64,000 nucleotides of DNA, from positions 89,680 through 153,679 of the IMG/VR virus record IMGVR_UViG_3300028805_000055. One strand, given 5' to 3'. The DNA comes from a virus. Its lineage: Duplodnaviria > Caudoviricetes. Made by a program: the position numbers and the translations under genes. Shown here piece after piece: positions 40,060-49,448 of the stretch (its first letter is position 1; every line of letters begins with the position of its first letter). The notes under the pieces are model-generated. The model saw only the letters and a list, made by a program, of their open reading frames with translations. It was not told the DNA's origin and did no database searches.

Positions 40060-40299
40060 TTAATCGATAATGGCGCACTTAACTAATGGGTTGCCTTTTA
40101 CCTGTGGCGTTATCTGTACTCTTACCTCTTTACGCTTTCCAATCGAAATCATTTTCTCGTGACTGTAGCTTGTTGCAACGTCAACTCCAATCCTGTAACC
40201 CAGTGACTCTATAAGGCTAACCCTAAGGTCAAGGTTCTTTACGTGAGTGACGAAGTAACAAATATCACGTATGTCGGTTGCGTAATTTTTTTTCTTCAT
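40060..40299 (-). CDS. hypothetical protein
   Basis: 79-aa ORF. Confidence 0.65.
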   Translation of the reverse strand: MKKKNYATDIRDICYFVTHVKNLDLRVSLIESLGYRIGVDVATSYSHEKMISIGKRKEVRVQITPQVKGNPLVKCAIID

Positions 40300-40648
40300 T
40301 TAATATAGAAGTAAGCAAAATCTTCTTGTCTGCTGGCGGTAGCGTAAACCACTTCGTAGAGAAGCTAGATAAGCCGAAGCGTCTCTTAATGCCTGTCTTA
40401 ATGTGATTAGATAACCCGTCGTATGTTCTAATGAGTTCGCCTTTGATAATAATGTTTCTCTGGCTCTGCGTTAATTCGGAGAAGTCATTTCTCCAGTCAT
40501 TCTCTGGAAGATGGAATTTGAGGAATACATGTTTGTATTTGTTTCCAGCATGGAGTCTCTTCTTCTCATCCTTCATGTTCCAGTTCTCTTCGGCTTTCTT
40601 TACAATGGTTTCATGCGACAGGGTTTCAATATTGCTCCTGTCTCTCAT
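40265..40648 (-). CDS. hypothetical protein
   Basis: 127-aa ORF. Confidence 0.7.
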   Translation of the reverse strand: MRDRSNIETLSHETIVKKAEENWNMKDEKKRLHAGNKYKHVFLKFHLPENDWRNDFSELTQSQRNIIIKGELIRTYDGLSNHIKTGIKRRFGLSSFSTKWFTLPPADKKILLTSILNEEKKLRNRHT

Positions 40649-41169
40649 CAGCTAGTCTTTTTAAATACCTGGAAATAGAAAGAGGTGTCAACACCTTCCC
40701 ACGTACTAACCTGCGCCATAGACTTGTAGTACTCGTACCACTCTTCATCCTTTAAGTCTGGGAAGTGGGCATCACCCTCTGCCTCATCGTTAACAACAGT
40801 AAGGCGCATTTCAGAGACAAGTCCCTTATCCAGGAACTGCTGATAGATTGACTCACCACCTATGACAAACAGCTCCTTGTCTGGGAAAAGAGCCTCGCAC
40901 AGGTCTATAGTATCTTCTATGGAGTTGGTGATGAACACATTATCTGCTGGTGTTACACCGTATTCCACATTCGAGGTGAGAATAATATTCACTCTGTCTT
41001 TCAGAGGCTCACCATTGGGTAATGATTCGAACGTCTTCCTACCCATGATAACGACATTACCTACCGTCATACGTTTGAAGTTGGCTAGGTCGTTCTTAAT
41101 GGTATACAGGAGCTTACCGTCCTTACCAATTACACCTTTCTTGTTAATACACGCAATAATTTTGAACAT
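40648..41169 (-). CDS. folA: dihydrofolate reductase
   Basis: IGKDG.L, D...FK, MGRKTFES, PL..R.N, IGG, GDAHFP. Confidence 0.95.
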   Translation of the reverse strand: MFKIIACINKKGVIGKDGKLLYTIKNDLANFKRMTVGNVVIMGRKTFESLPNGEPLKDRVNIILTSNVEYGVTPADNVFITNSIEDTIDLCEALFPDKELFVIGGESIYQQFLDKGLVSEMRLTVVNDEAEGDAHFPDLKDEEWYEYYKSMAQVSTWEGVDTSFYFQVFKKTS

Positions 41170-41195
41170 ATAAACCAATTTAAATTGTAATTTGG

Positions 41196-41246
41196 GGCAA
41201 AGATATATAAAAAAATTGGAAAATACAAATTTGTACCTTCCAATTT
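41196..41246 (-). promoter_or_regulatory. promoter with overlapping hairpin
   Basis: TTTG..TATCTTTG; aaattggaa/ttccaattt. Confidence 0.75.
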
Positions 41247-41259
41247 ATGTTAAAAAGTA

Positions 41260-41571
41260 TTAATGAGTATCTTCAATAAACTTAGAGAATATACCATAAA
41301 GCCAGTCGTTAATAAACTTTTCAATTACTCCATAATACAAATACCCACGACACTCACTAACAAGAGGCTTCTCCTTACAAAGAGCTTCTGGTTTACTGTA
41401 TCTAGGATAAGCAACCTTGTAGTTAAGCCCCCTAAGTTCTGATGGATTTATCTCATTCTCGTAGGGGTCTGTGTCTGGGTTGTAGTAAAGCGTAACGGTC
41501 TCAATGACGTAGCCAGCTTTTTCAAGTAGATTGGCACACTGTTCATCTGAAAAATCTAATCTGAAATTCAT
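41260..41571 (-). CDS. hypothetical protein
   Basis: ORF from MNFRL, ATGA overlap. Confidence 0.7.
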   Translation of the reverse strand: MNFRLDFSDEQCANLLEKAGYVIETVTLYYNPDTDPYENEINPSELRGLNYKVAYPRYSKPEALCKEKPLVSECRGYLYYGVIEKFINDWLYGIFSKFIEDTH

Positions 41572-42323
41572 CGCCAATAACAATATAAACATTTGTTTTC
41601 ACATTGATGAGGTCTTACCCTCAACAATTCGGATTTGTTCGCTGGGCAATGGCATGACTCCCTCTGCTCTGCTGAACCTTCAAGAGTAACTTGGTCTGTG
41701 AGACCAAGGATGTCAATATCTTTCTGTGATAAACATGATATGCTCTCAATGCCTGGTTCTCCACATGCTTCAATGCTCTCAAACCCTGCATCCCTAGCAA
41801 CTTCTTCAATTTTTTTCGCATGCTCCAGTCTCTCTTCAAGTGGTGCATGGAACTCGCCTCCATATAGCTCTGGAATACCCTCGTTCTTGAACCTGGTCTT
41901 AACGTGCTTGTAGTTGTCCAGGAAGGAGAATCTGAGCCTCTTGATGCCAAGACCACCAAATGCGGTAATCACATCGAGTGCTGTGTTCATACCACGCTCT
42001 GTCGGCACTATAGGGTCAACCCTCAGTACCACGTGTGAGACTGGAAAACCAGCTTCTAAGAGCTTTGTTAGTGCCTTGTGGGTATCTATAACCCTGGGGA
42101 CAAACGGCTCGATTCTAGAACCTCCCATGCCCGTTACGGTTAAGTGTAGGATAATCTTATCCTGGTGCTCAACCAACTTCTCAATCAATTTCTCAGTAAG
42201 ACGCTTGGTAATAATGATATTACCGCTATACAGCCTGTCAAATATATCTAGATTGAAAGCTACTTCACCAGCCTCTGTAACTCCTATGCGTTGAGTTTTA
42301 TCAACTTTGATTCCTTTTCCCAT
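41568..42323 (-). CDS. DUF1848-like radical-SAM-related protein
   Basis: ITK, IEP.VP, LRVDPI, C-terminal CENKCLYCYW. Confidence 0.8.
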   Translation of the reverse strand: MGKGIKVDKTQRIGVTEAGEVAFNLDIFDRLYSGNIIITKRLTEKLIEKLVEHQDKIILHLTVTGMGGSRIEPFVPRVIDTHKALTKLLEAGFPVSHVVLRVDPIVPTERGMNTALDVITAFGGLGIKRLRFSFLDNYKHVKTRFKNEGIPELYGGEFHAPLEERLEHAKKIEEVARDAGFESIEACGEPGIESISCLSQKDIDILGLTDQVTLEGSAEQRESCHCPANKSELLRVRPHQCENKCLYCYWR

Positions 42324-42700
42324 TTTTCGTAAAAACCTTTTCTTTTTGCATATCGTGTCCCTCTGATGGCATCATCGATACTTATGCCTCGACTTGCAAA
42401 TAACTTTGGACAAAAATAATAAGTATAGACAATGAATATATCCAAGACTGTCATCAAGTGTATGCCATGATTTGCCTCCAGATATCCACTGAAATTGGTG
42501 CTACCGAACACATTGTATGGGTTTTCACACTCAACCCAATTTCCATTTGGAAACCTTTTGGCAAAACTCTTATACCTGTCAGTTGTAATATATTCTTTCC
42601 AGTATGCCCACCAGCCCATTTCCTTCAAGAATCTGGAGACAATCTGGAATGTCTTACGATTACTTTCGTTTTCTGAAACTAATTTTCTTATCGAATCCAT
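42284..42700 (-). CDS. hypothetical protein (F..FLK..G.W family)
   Basis: 138-aa ORF. Confidence 0.7.
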   Translation of the reverse strand: MDSIRKLVSENESNRKTFQIVSRFLKEMGWWAYWKEYITTDRYKSFAKRFPNGNWVECENPYNVFGSTNFSGYLEANHGIHLMTVLDIFIVYTYYFCPKLFASRGISIDDAIRGTRYAKRKGFYEKWEKESKLIKLNA

Positions 42701-43436
42701 GCGACTCTATGTGTTGGTCGTTCGTTCTACTATCTGTAAACTCTTTATCCCTTAGTGAGGATATGTATTCATAGAGATTATTCCAGATTTCCATCGCATC
42801 GATGAACTTTGGAATGTACGTACTGAACAGGATAGGATTGTCTATCTTCTGTTCTTTGGTGAGATTGGTTATCTCGAACTTACCATCAGCACCAAGCCAG
42901 TGATACTTGTTGTGAGACACTGGTGCTAAACACATAGGCTCATACGATATCTTCTCACCCTTCTCAATATTTCTCTTCTCTATAAGGTCATACTCAAGAT
43001 GAAGCCTTGTCTCATCGTCATCATCGAGATAACGTTCAACCTCGAAATAGTAATGATGGTAGCCAATCTCCAGTACAAAGTGAAGCACTAGTCCTTCCTT
43101 GATTTGTTCGTCATCTATCTTCCACTTCCTAGTCCAGCTTAAGCCTTCCTCTTCAAGCTTCCTCTGCCTGTATACCAAGACTTTCTTACTTGAACCTCTC
43201 CTAACGGGTTCTCTCTTTTTATCTCCATAGATAGGCTCTTTTCTAAACCACTTCTCGATGTTGCTGTTCAAGTAGGCATTGCACTTGGTTAGACACTGCC
43301 TGTCAACATCATCACCCCATTTCTTGGTTGGGTCTATTGGAAAAGCATTCCTACGGTCATACACAACCAATTCGTCTTGCCCTAGGATTCCCTGGAGATA
43401 ATCGTAATAATCTTTATACTTTGAAATAATCTTCAT
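42660..43436 (-). CDS. hypothetical phage protein
   Basis: MKIISKYKDYYDY..HGFDKK.SFR. Confidence 0.8.
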   Translation of the reverse strand: MKIISKYKDYYDYLQGILGQDELVVYDRRNAFPIDPTKKWGDDVDRQCLTKCNAYLNSNIEKWFRKEPIYGDKKREPVRRGSSKKVLVYRQRKLEEEGLSWTRKWKIDDEQIKEGLVLHFVLEIGYHHYYFEVERYLDDDDETRLHLEYDLIEKRNIEKGEKISYEPMCLAPVSHNKYHWLGADGKFEITNLTKEQKIDNPILFSTYIPKFIDAMEIWNNLYEYISSLRDKEFTDSRTNDQHIESHGFDKKISFRKRK

Positions 43437-43450
43437 ATCAAAAACAATTA

Positions 43451-43480
43451 AACGCCAGTCCAGAGGACTGGGCTGACGTT
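43451..43480 (-). terminator. terminator-like hairpin
   Basis: AACGTCAGCCCAG/CTGGACTGGCGTT. Confidence 0.65.
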
Positions 43481-43506
43481 ATTAAATACTTCTTTTTCTC
43501 AGTAAA

Positions 43507-43680
43507 TTACTCGGCAATCACACTGTCAGCAACTTCTACTGAATCAACAACAACGGTGTCGATGGTATCGACTGCAACGCTGTCTGAATCAACTGTGCTA
43601 GCTGTACCAGCGGTCTGACCGCCACAAGCTGCAAACGTCATGGCTACTGTAGCCAAAAACGCAAATACTAACTTTTTCAT
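43507..43680 (-). CDS. small lipoprotein with VDS/DT repeats
   Basis: MKKLVFAFLATVAMTFAAC lipobox. Confidence 0.8.
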   Translation of the reverse strand: MKKLVFAFLATVAMTFAACGGQTAGTASTVDSDSVAVDTIDTVVVDSVEVADSVIAE

Positions 43681-43724
43681 TCTACTTTTTAATTTAATTT
43701 TTGATATGTTATTTAAAAAATCTG

Positions 43725-43758
43725 TGCAAAGATATAATAAATATTTGTAAAAAACAAA
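43725..43758 (-). promoter_or_regulatory. Bacteroidota-type promoter
   Basis: TTTG..TATCTTTGCA. Confidence 0.75.
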
Positions 43759-43775
43759 TTTTTGGGCAACTTTTT

Positions 43776-44456
43776 TTATAAAGCCCACAAAAAATCTTTA
43801 ATACCTTCACCGATGGACTTGAAAAATTTCTTTGTATTGAGCTTCTCGAAATACCATCCGTCTGGGTCAATGTACTCGTTGAATATCTCATAGATACGCT
43901 TCTTATGATTAAAAGCCCACTCGTATTTCTCTATATCCTCTATTGGAATCCAGGCAATCTTACCGACCTCTTCACCCTCGTTGTTAGCCCTGGAGAATGT
44001 GAAGTCCTCAGCCAGCTTGTGCTCAATCTCCACATAGAACCTAAAGGTAACATTCTGTCTGTTGGCAGTTACAGGGTCATCCTCATACGATACGAACTTG
44101 ATGGTAGTAGGGTCAATATCAACTCCAGTCTCCTCGAAGCACTCACGTCTTGCACAATCCTTCGTTGTCTCGTCGAAGTCCAAATACCCACATGGACAAT
44201 TCCAATAGCCTACGAAGTCTGCTGCTTCCTTACCACGCTCTGATGCAAGCACACACCACTGGTTCTTCTTGTTTCTACAGAACACGAACAGTGCCGTAGC
44301 CATTGAACGACTGTACCAGCCAATGAAGGCTTTCTTTAGAATCTCCTCTGGTTCTTTGTCATCTATTGAGCCGTGCTCATTTGCATACTCTTCAAATAGC
44401 TTGATAGCTAAATTCATGTCCAAACACGGACGATTTGTCATCTTCTGAATCTCCAT
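43776..44456 (-). CDS. Nudix hydrolase
   Basis: GYLDFDETTKDCARRECFEETGV Nudix box; AFNH. Confidence 0.92.
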   Translation of the reverse strand: MEIQKMTNRPCLDMNLAIKLFEEYANEHGSIDDKEPEEILKKAFIGWYSRSMATALFVFCRNKKNQWCVLASERGKEAADFVGYWNCPCGYLDFDETTKDCARRECFEETGVDIDPTTIKFVSYEDDPVTANRQNVTFRFYVEIEHKLAEDFTFSRANNEGEEVGKIAWIPIEDIEKYEWAFNHKKRIYEIFNEYIDPDGWYFEKLNTKKFFKSIGEGIKDFLWAL

Positions 44457-45112
44457 CTATCTTGTCTTCTAATGTTATTTCTATTTATACGGTCATACCA
44501 CTGACCACCTTCTTCTCTATTCCTGTGTCTTGGAGTAGCTGCATATGTACGTGCTGTTTCTGCAAGAGGTGGGTCTGGTAATTCAAAGTACCATTCTCCA
44601 CGTGGCTCTATGGTTCGTGAGTCAGAACCCCATATATCTCCACAAAGTTTCTTACGTCTCTCTTCTTCAGCCTTCCTAAGTTGCTCCCTTCGGATTTTCA
44701 TTCTCTTGTACATCCTTTCAAAAGCCTCATCGCCATACTTCTGTCTCAGTTCATATATGAAGAACTCCTTTACAACAGTAGTCCATGTAATATCCTTGAT
44801 AAAGACCTTTTGAACATATTCTTGATACCTGTACACGTTGTTTATAGAACTAACCCTGCTGTCAACCTGTCTCATAATCCTCATGAGGTCTGCCTTTGTT
44901 ACTTCCTTCATCTTAAGAGACCAGTATGGAGAACATGCTATATCAACAGAGTTCACTATGAACGCCTTGTCTGGCTTTGGTCTGTCTTTTGGCGAGAATA
45001 TAATGAAGAAGTTATAGTCTACAACCTTTCCCATTGTATAAAGGTACTCGCAGTAAAGACCCTTTATCTTCAGATACTTCACCCAGTTCTTATATGTTTC
45101 ACTGCACTCCAT
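44438..45112 (-). CDS. hypothetical protein
   Basis: 224-aa ORF. Confidence 0.75.
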   Translation of the reverse strand: MECSETYKNWVKYLKIKGLYCEYLYTMGKVVDYNFFIIFSPKDRPKPDKAFIVNSVDIACSPYWSLKMKEVTKADLMRIMRQVDSRVSSINNVYRYQEYVQKVFIKDITWTTVVKEFFIYELRQKYGDEAFERMYKRMKIRREQLRKAEEERRKKLCGDIWGSDSRTIEPRGEWYFELPDPPLAETARTYAATPRHRNREEGGQWYDRINRNNIRRQDRWRFRR

Positions 45113-45125
45113 ATTCTAATTTTAG

Positions 45126-45159
45126 TGCAAAGATATACAAAATTTACGAAATAACCAAA
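45126..45159 (-). promoter_or_regulatory. Bacteroidota-type promoter
   Basis: TTTG..TATCTTTGCA. Confidence 0.8.
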
Positions 45160-45312
45160 TTTAAAGTGTTAAAAAAGCATAAGCCACTATTTCTAGTAGC
45201 CTATGCCGTTCACTCACTTATATCCTTATATACCTGTATGCATCGTTATTATAAGCCTCCATGAAGGCATGTGCATACCACTTAACAAAACTCTTAATAT
45301 ATTTCATAGGCA

Positions 45313-45681
45313 TTAGAAATTAAATCCCTTGTTTCTAAGGGTTGCATTAAACACTACAAGATACTTGTGGTACTGCTTGTCATTAAGGATGTAAGACATG
45401 TGCTTAACGTTCTTGTTAACTGCGTTTACCACAACTTTCTTACGACCATCGTTGCTGTTCTCATAGAAAGCAAACTGCATGTCGTTTGAGAGTTCGTTAG
45501 TCACCTGCTCCACAGCATCCATCTGGTCTTCTGACAACTCAAGGAAAGATGCAAGCTTCCTGGTGTTAACGTTAAAGTCATACTTCTCAACACTCTCTAC
45601 CTCAGCTACGTTATTGTCCTCAGCGAACATAACTGCGTTCATGGTGAATAACATCACCAACATAATAAAATACTTCTTCAT
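45313..45681 (-). CDS. secreted helical protein
   Basis: signal peptide; LELSEDQ / LNDKQY repeats. Confidence 0.8.
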   Translation of the reverse strand: MKKYFIMLVMLFTMNAVMFAEDNNVAEVESVEKYDFNVNTRKLASFLELSEDQMDAVEQVTNELSNDMQFAFYENSNDGRKKVVVNAVNKNVKHMSYILNDKQYHKYLVVFNATLRNKGFNF

Positions 45682-45974
45682 AATAAATTTCCCTTTCTTT
45701 TAATTAAATTATTACTTCACTTACTTTTTATAATGTTCGGCATTGAAATGTGGGTTCACTACTCCCACACTTGCAACGCCAAACGGCACTTACTTCTTAA
45801 TCAGTCCAGCAGATATTTCCCAAACCGTTGACTGTTACAACACTTACTTCGTATAATATATATTCCGAATTTTCATATTCGAAACTATATAGCTGGACTA
45901 TTTTCAGCTTATGCCACGTATTGTTGATGTACATCAATTTGGATGTGTGCGCACACACCCTCAACGTTTAACGG

Positions 45975-46008
45975 TGCAAAGGTATATAAATTTTCTCTGA
46001 TTTCCAAA
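45975..46008 (-). promoter_or_regulatory. Bacteroidota-type promoter
   Basis: TTTG..TACCTTTGCA. Confidence 0.8.
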
Positions 46009-46071
46009 TAATTACAGGAAAAAAGTGTGTTTTTAGCAGGATAATTGACATAAATCAGTTATAAAAAAAAG

Positions 46072-46098
46072 GAGCACCCTGGTAGCCAGAGGGTGCTC
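46072..46098 (-). terminator. intrinsic terminator
   Basis: GAGCACCCT/AGGGTGCTC then T-run. Confidence 0.8.
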
Positions 46099-46169
46099 GG
46101 TGATAATAAAAATAAAAATACTACTAATCTAATACTATGAAAAACACACAATTTATGATTGGCTACCAA

Positions 46170-46273
46170 GGGAACTTAAGCCAGGATTCGAACCTGGAAG
46201 TCCTTACGGACGTTGGATTTGCAGTCCAATGAGTATAACCATTCCTCCACAAAGAAACTTGCTGTACGTTCCC
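46170..46273 (-). ncRNA. ACAGCA-type tRNA mimic (GCA loop)
   Basis: GGGAAC/GTTCCC closing stem, TACAGCAAG, D/AC/V/T arms, unpaired acceptor. Confidence 0.7.
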
Positions 46274-46277
46274 ACTG

Positions 46278-46362
46278 TAGCGTAAGCTGGATTCGAACCA
46301 GCGGCAGTGTTTCCACTAACGACTTATGAGACCGCCCCAATTGGCCACTCTGGCATTACGCT
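46278..46362 (-). tRNA. tRNA(CAT), long variable arm
   Basis: AGCGTAA/TTACGCT, A73, CTCATAA, V-arm TAGTG-GAAA-CACTG. Confidence 0.85.
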
Positions 46363-46931
46363 TTGTAATCGACATAGTTCAACAGAAGAATACCATCGTT
46401 ATACTTGAACTTGTCGATGTATTTGTTGTTCAACTTCTTTCTCATGAACGGAAACAGCCTGGATACGATACTATAAAATAACGATTCCTTGTCCAGGTCA
46501 ATAACATTCAGCTCTTCTCCCTTGAATTTGTAGATTTGCTTCTTGTCATATATCCTGTATCCTCCCACGAAGTTTATACCCTTGTAGATAGTCTCAGCCA
46601 CCTTACAGGTATTCTTGAAATTATTCTCCAGACTATTAGATGCTCCGTAGTTATATTTGTCTATACTCTCGTCAAGAGTTACACGTACAGTTACGTCACC
46701 GTATTTTTCTAAGAACTCTAGTACCTCATATATAGGGAATTCGCTTCCATTATTTAGGACTATGTGCCCTTTCATGTCTGCTGATACCCTAATGTCAAAA
46801 TATCTGACGCGGCAATAGAAATACTGAAACTGGTAATCCTTGCGCTGATGTCTGGTAATTTTGTTAAGTATCTTAAGCCACCACGAAGATGGCTCAAGAT
46901 ACGTTAATGAATTATTTGAACCAATTTTCAT
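46356..46931 (-). CDS. PI-PLC X-domain-like protein, catalytic His replaced
   Basis: GSNNSLTY (usually GSHNS), VRYFDIRV. Confidence 0.65.
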   Translation of the reverse strand: MKIGSNNSLTYLEPSSWWLKILNKITRHQRKDYQFQYFYCRVRYFDIRVSADMKGHIVLNNGSEFPIYEVLEFLEKYGDVTVRVTLDESIDKYNYGASNSLENNFKNTCKVAETIYKGINFVGGYRIYDKKQIYKFKGEELNVIDLDKESLFYSIVSRLFPFMRKKLNNKYIDKFKYNDGILLLNYVDYKA

Positions 46932-46994
46932 TCCACTGAATTTTTACTATATATTATCCCTAGTACATAATAAATATCAGTGTATTTCAAATAG

Positions 46995-48305
46995 TTACTC
47001 CCACCACTTCACGCTAGGGTCGCTAATCCAAGTTGCAAATGCTGGATATCTGCTCTGAATTGACACCCTCTCATCTGACCAAGCAGTTCCCGCAGGTACA
47101 GCAATCATTTCTGCTGGAGAGCCTGGATTAATAGTCAGATACACAATCTGTCCATTAGGATTCTGCACGATGATTGGGAGGTCATTGATAGCATCCCATG
47201 CCGTTGCATAATTGCTTCCTGGTAGTGTCACAATGAGAGGAACTGGGTCTAGTCCGTCAATGTGGTCTCCGAAGTTAGCGTGTGTATTAATCATCGTGGT
47301 GGTAGAAATACTCTGGTCGTTATTATCTTCTGCAAACAAGTTATGTACCTCCTGTCCACCGATTGTCAATGGCAATGTACCACCAGCAGCCTGTACAAGG
47401 ATATCAGCCTTGATGGTGCTACCTTCCTTGATGAACTTGATGTCAAATACGATGTCATTGTAGTCGAAGTCAGAGTTACTAGCACCCAAGTCCTCGCACA
47501 TTACACGTACCCTATCAACATGTGGAATGGTATAACCCTGTCCAGGAACAATCTTAACAATCCAGTCGTTGTAGATGTAGTCACGCTGAACCTGCTCATT
47601 AGGATTCTGTCCCTCTGCTGAGAAATCGAAGCCAACATAGTACATGCCGTTGATTTCCTCCATTCTGAAGTAGTAGAACACATGACCATTGTCAGTTGAA
47701 GACTTATATCCAAAACGCTGCGTTGAACTATTCATCATCAGCATAACAGAGCCATTAGCATTATTGAAGTTGTTTACGTGGTCATCACCGTTGGTTGCAG
47801 GGTCATAAGCGCACAGCCAATCCATCTGATTACCACCAACTACAGTTCCACCGTTTCCAGCCTTATAAGAAGCAGTACCTTTCCATACTTGCTGCACGAA
47901 GAAAGTGCTCCAATTAATTTTAGCCGTGTAGGACTCTGCGCCTTTCTGGTTGAATACTCTCAGCACATCGTTAAGCTCGTCGGCTGTAATTGCAGGAATC
48001 TCGTCTTTCTTCAACACATCCTTATACTTACCGTTGTTCTCATTAGTACCCCACTGGTTGCTGTTTGTCTCAGCACCACGTGTTACGCTCCAAGAGATTT
48101 GATTACCGTCGGCATCAATAAGAGGAACAGTGTTCATACCCCACTGGTGATTTGCGTAAACTTCTGGAGTTACACCAAAAGTCTTGTTGAAGTCAGCAAC
48201 GAAAGTCTCTTGCTTTGCCTGCTGATAGTTACCTGTCTCAAAATTGTCGTGTCCGCATGATACAAATGCTAGCACGGCAAACATTGTCAAAACTAAATTT
48301 TTCAT
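46995..48305 (-). CDS. lipoprotein, DUF4842/LruC-like C-terminus
   Basis: FVSC lipobox; CEDLG..DFDYNDIVFD, AAGGTLP, ER..I...YP.F..W. Confidence 0.8.
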   Translation of the reverse strand: MKNLVLTMFAVLAFVSCGHDNFETGNYQQAKQETFVADFNKTFGVTPEVYANHQWGMNTVPLIDADGNQISWSVTRGAETNSNQWGTNENNGKYKDVLKKDEIPAITADELNDVLRVFNQKGAESYTAKINWSTFFVQQVWKGTASYKAGNGGTVVGGNQMDWLCAYDPATNGDDHVNNFNNANGSVMLMMNSSTQRFGYKSSTDNGHVFYYFRMEEINGMYYVGFDFSAEGQNPNEQVQRDYIYNDWIVKIVPGQGYTIPHVDRVRVMCEDLGASNSDFDYNDIVFDIKFIKEGSTIKADILVQAAGGTLPLTIGGQEVHNLFAEDNNDQSISTTTMINTHANFGDHIDGLDPVPLIVTLPGSNYATAWDAINDLPIIVQNPNGQIVYLTINPGSPAEMIAVPAGTAWSDERVSIQSRYPAFATWISDPSVKWWE

Positions 48306-48328
48306 GTTTTATTTTTAATTAAAAGTTA

Positions 48329-48568
48329 TTATACGAACTTTGGCTTCGGAACTTTGAATAGCTCCACGCTAAGGGTGAACCAAGGGTCTTGGTCTTCTTC
48401 CACATAATCCTCTGGGGTTTCCTCCATGTTCTTAAGATACTGCTGTAGGGATTTTATAGCTTCCTCTACCAGCTTCTTCTTATCACTGCCTGGATGGTTA
48501 GTCCCAAACCTAAACTCCTTGCCTTCCATCAGCTGCATGCGCAACTGCATTTCCTTTAAAGCGTCCAT
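48329..48568 (-). CDS. hypothetical protein
   Basis: 79-aa ORF. Confidence 0.7.
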   Translation of the reverse strand: MDALKEMQLRMQLMEGKEFRFGTNHPGSDKKKLVEEAIKSLQQYLKNMEETPEDYVEEDQDPWFTLSVELFKVPKPKFV

Positions 48569-48573
48569 AACGT

Positions 48574-48720
48574 TTATTTCTTATCTTTCTTGTATTCCAT
48601 ACCATAGATGAAAAACTTCTTGCACAGTTCTATTACCTGGCTCTGAGTCATCATTGGTGCTTCACCTAATAGACAAATTCTCATCTTCTGGTTGAAATGC
48701 TTCTGAGTGTCTTTATCCAT
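48574..48720 (-). CDS. small hypothetical protein (48 aa)
   Basis: MDKDTQKHFNQK..., read manually. Confidence 0.55.
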   Translation of the reverse strand: MDKDTQKHFNQKMRICLLGEAPMMTQSQVIELCKKFFIYGMEYKKDKK

Positions 48721-48751
48721 AAGTGACAATCTTTTTTTAAAAAGTTATTAA

Positions 48752-48901
48752 CTAAAGAGTCATCATGTCAACGAATTTATCGTCGTCGTCCTCATCTATG
48801 CCAGTATCAACCTCTATACCCTGTTCGTAGTAGCAGGGGTAAGTTTCCCGTATGTGCTCACATTTAAAGAATATAGGGCACGAAATGTCACAGATAATCA
48901 T
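48752..48901 (-). CDS. small Cys/acidic protein (49 aa)
   Basis: MIICDISCPIFFKC..., read manually. Confidence 0.55.
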   Translation of the reverse strand: MIICDISCPIFFKCEHIRETYPCYYEQGIEVDTGIDEDDDDKFVDMMTL

Positions 48902-48905
48902 ACAA

Positions 48906-49235
48906 CTAATCTTTTAATTCGTTATTTAACTCTTCATCAATTATACGCCTCGATTCGTCACGTATCTCCTTGATGTGCTTCTTGTCGTCAACTTTCTTCC
49001 AGGGGTCTTTGTAAGGTGTTGGAGTGTCCTTTAGACTCTTATAACCAGCAGAACCAACCTCGTCTGCCTCTTTCCAACTCTCTGGAGACCTCCAGAGCTT
49101 TCGTTTGTAAACTTTGCCATTTGGCAATTTAACCTCAGTCTCACCATATTGGACTCTCATGTAGTAAAGTCTCTCCTTAATGCGTGAGGCATACTTGGTT
49201 AAGGTTTTCCACCTTCTGTAAGCTTTTCCTCTCAT
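48906..49235 (-). CDS. hypothetical basic protein
   Basis: 109-aa ORF. Confidence 0.7.
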   Translation of the reverse strand: MRGKAYRRWKTLTKYASRIKERLYYMRVQYGETEVKLPNGKVYKRKLWRSPESWKEADEVGSAGYKSLKDTPTPYKDPWKKVDDKKHIKEIRDESRRIIDEELNNELKD

Positions 49236-49237
49236 GC

Positions 49238-49447
49238 TTAATCGATTTTACAAGAACCGTATCTAAATGTTTTCAGATGCTCAGTTTTATCATCCAACTT
49301 TACACCACCATCATCTAGTGGTTTTCCATTCCTCACCCATTCATCGTATGTGAATGGTCTCCAGTACTCAGCGAATATATCGCCATTGCACCACATGTGG
49401 AATAGATAAGTTTGGAACTCGTCCTCGTATTTTCTCTTCTTATCCAT
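49238..49447 (-). CDS. hypothetical protein
   Basis: 69-aa ORF starting 2 nt after tRNA 3' end. Confidence 0.65.
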   Translation of the reverse strand: MDKKRKYEDEFQTYLFHMWCNGDIFAEYWRPFTYDEWVRNGKPLDDGGVKLDDKTEHLKTFRYGSCKID

Positions 49448-49448
49448 G

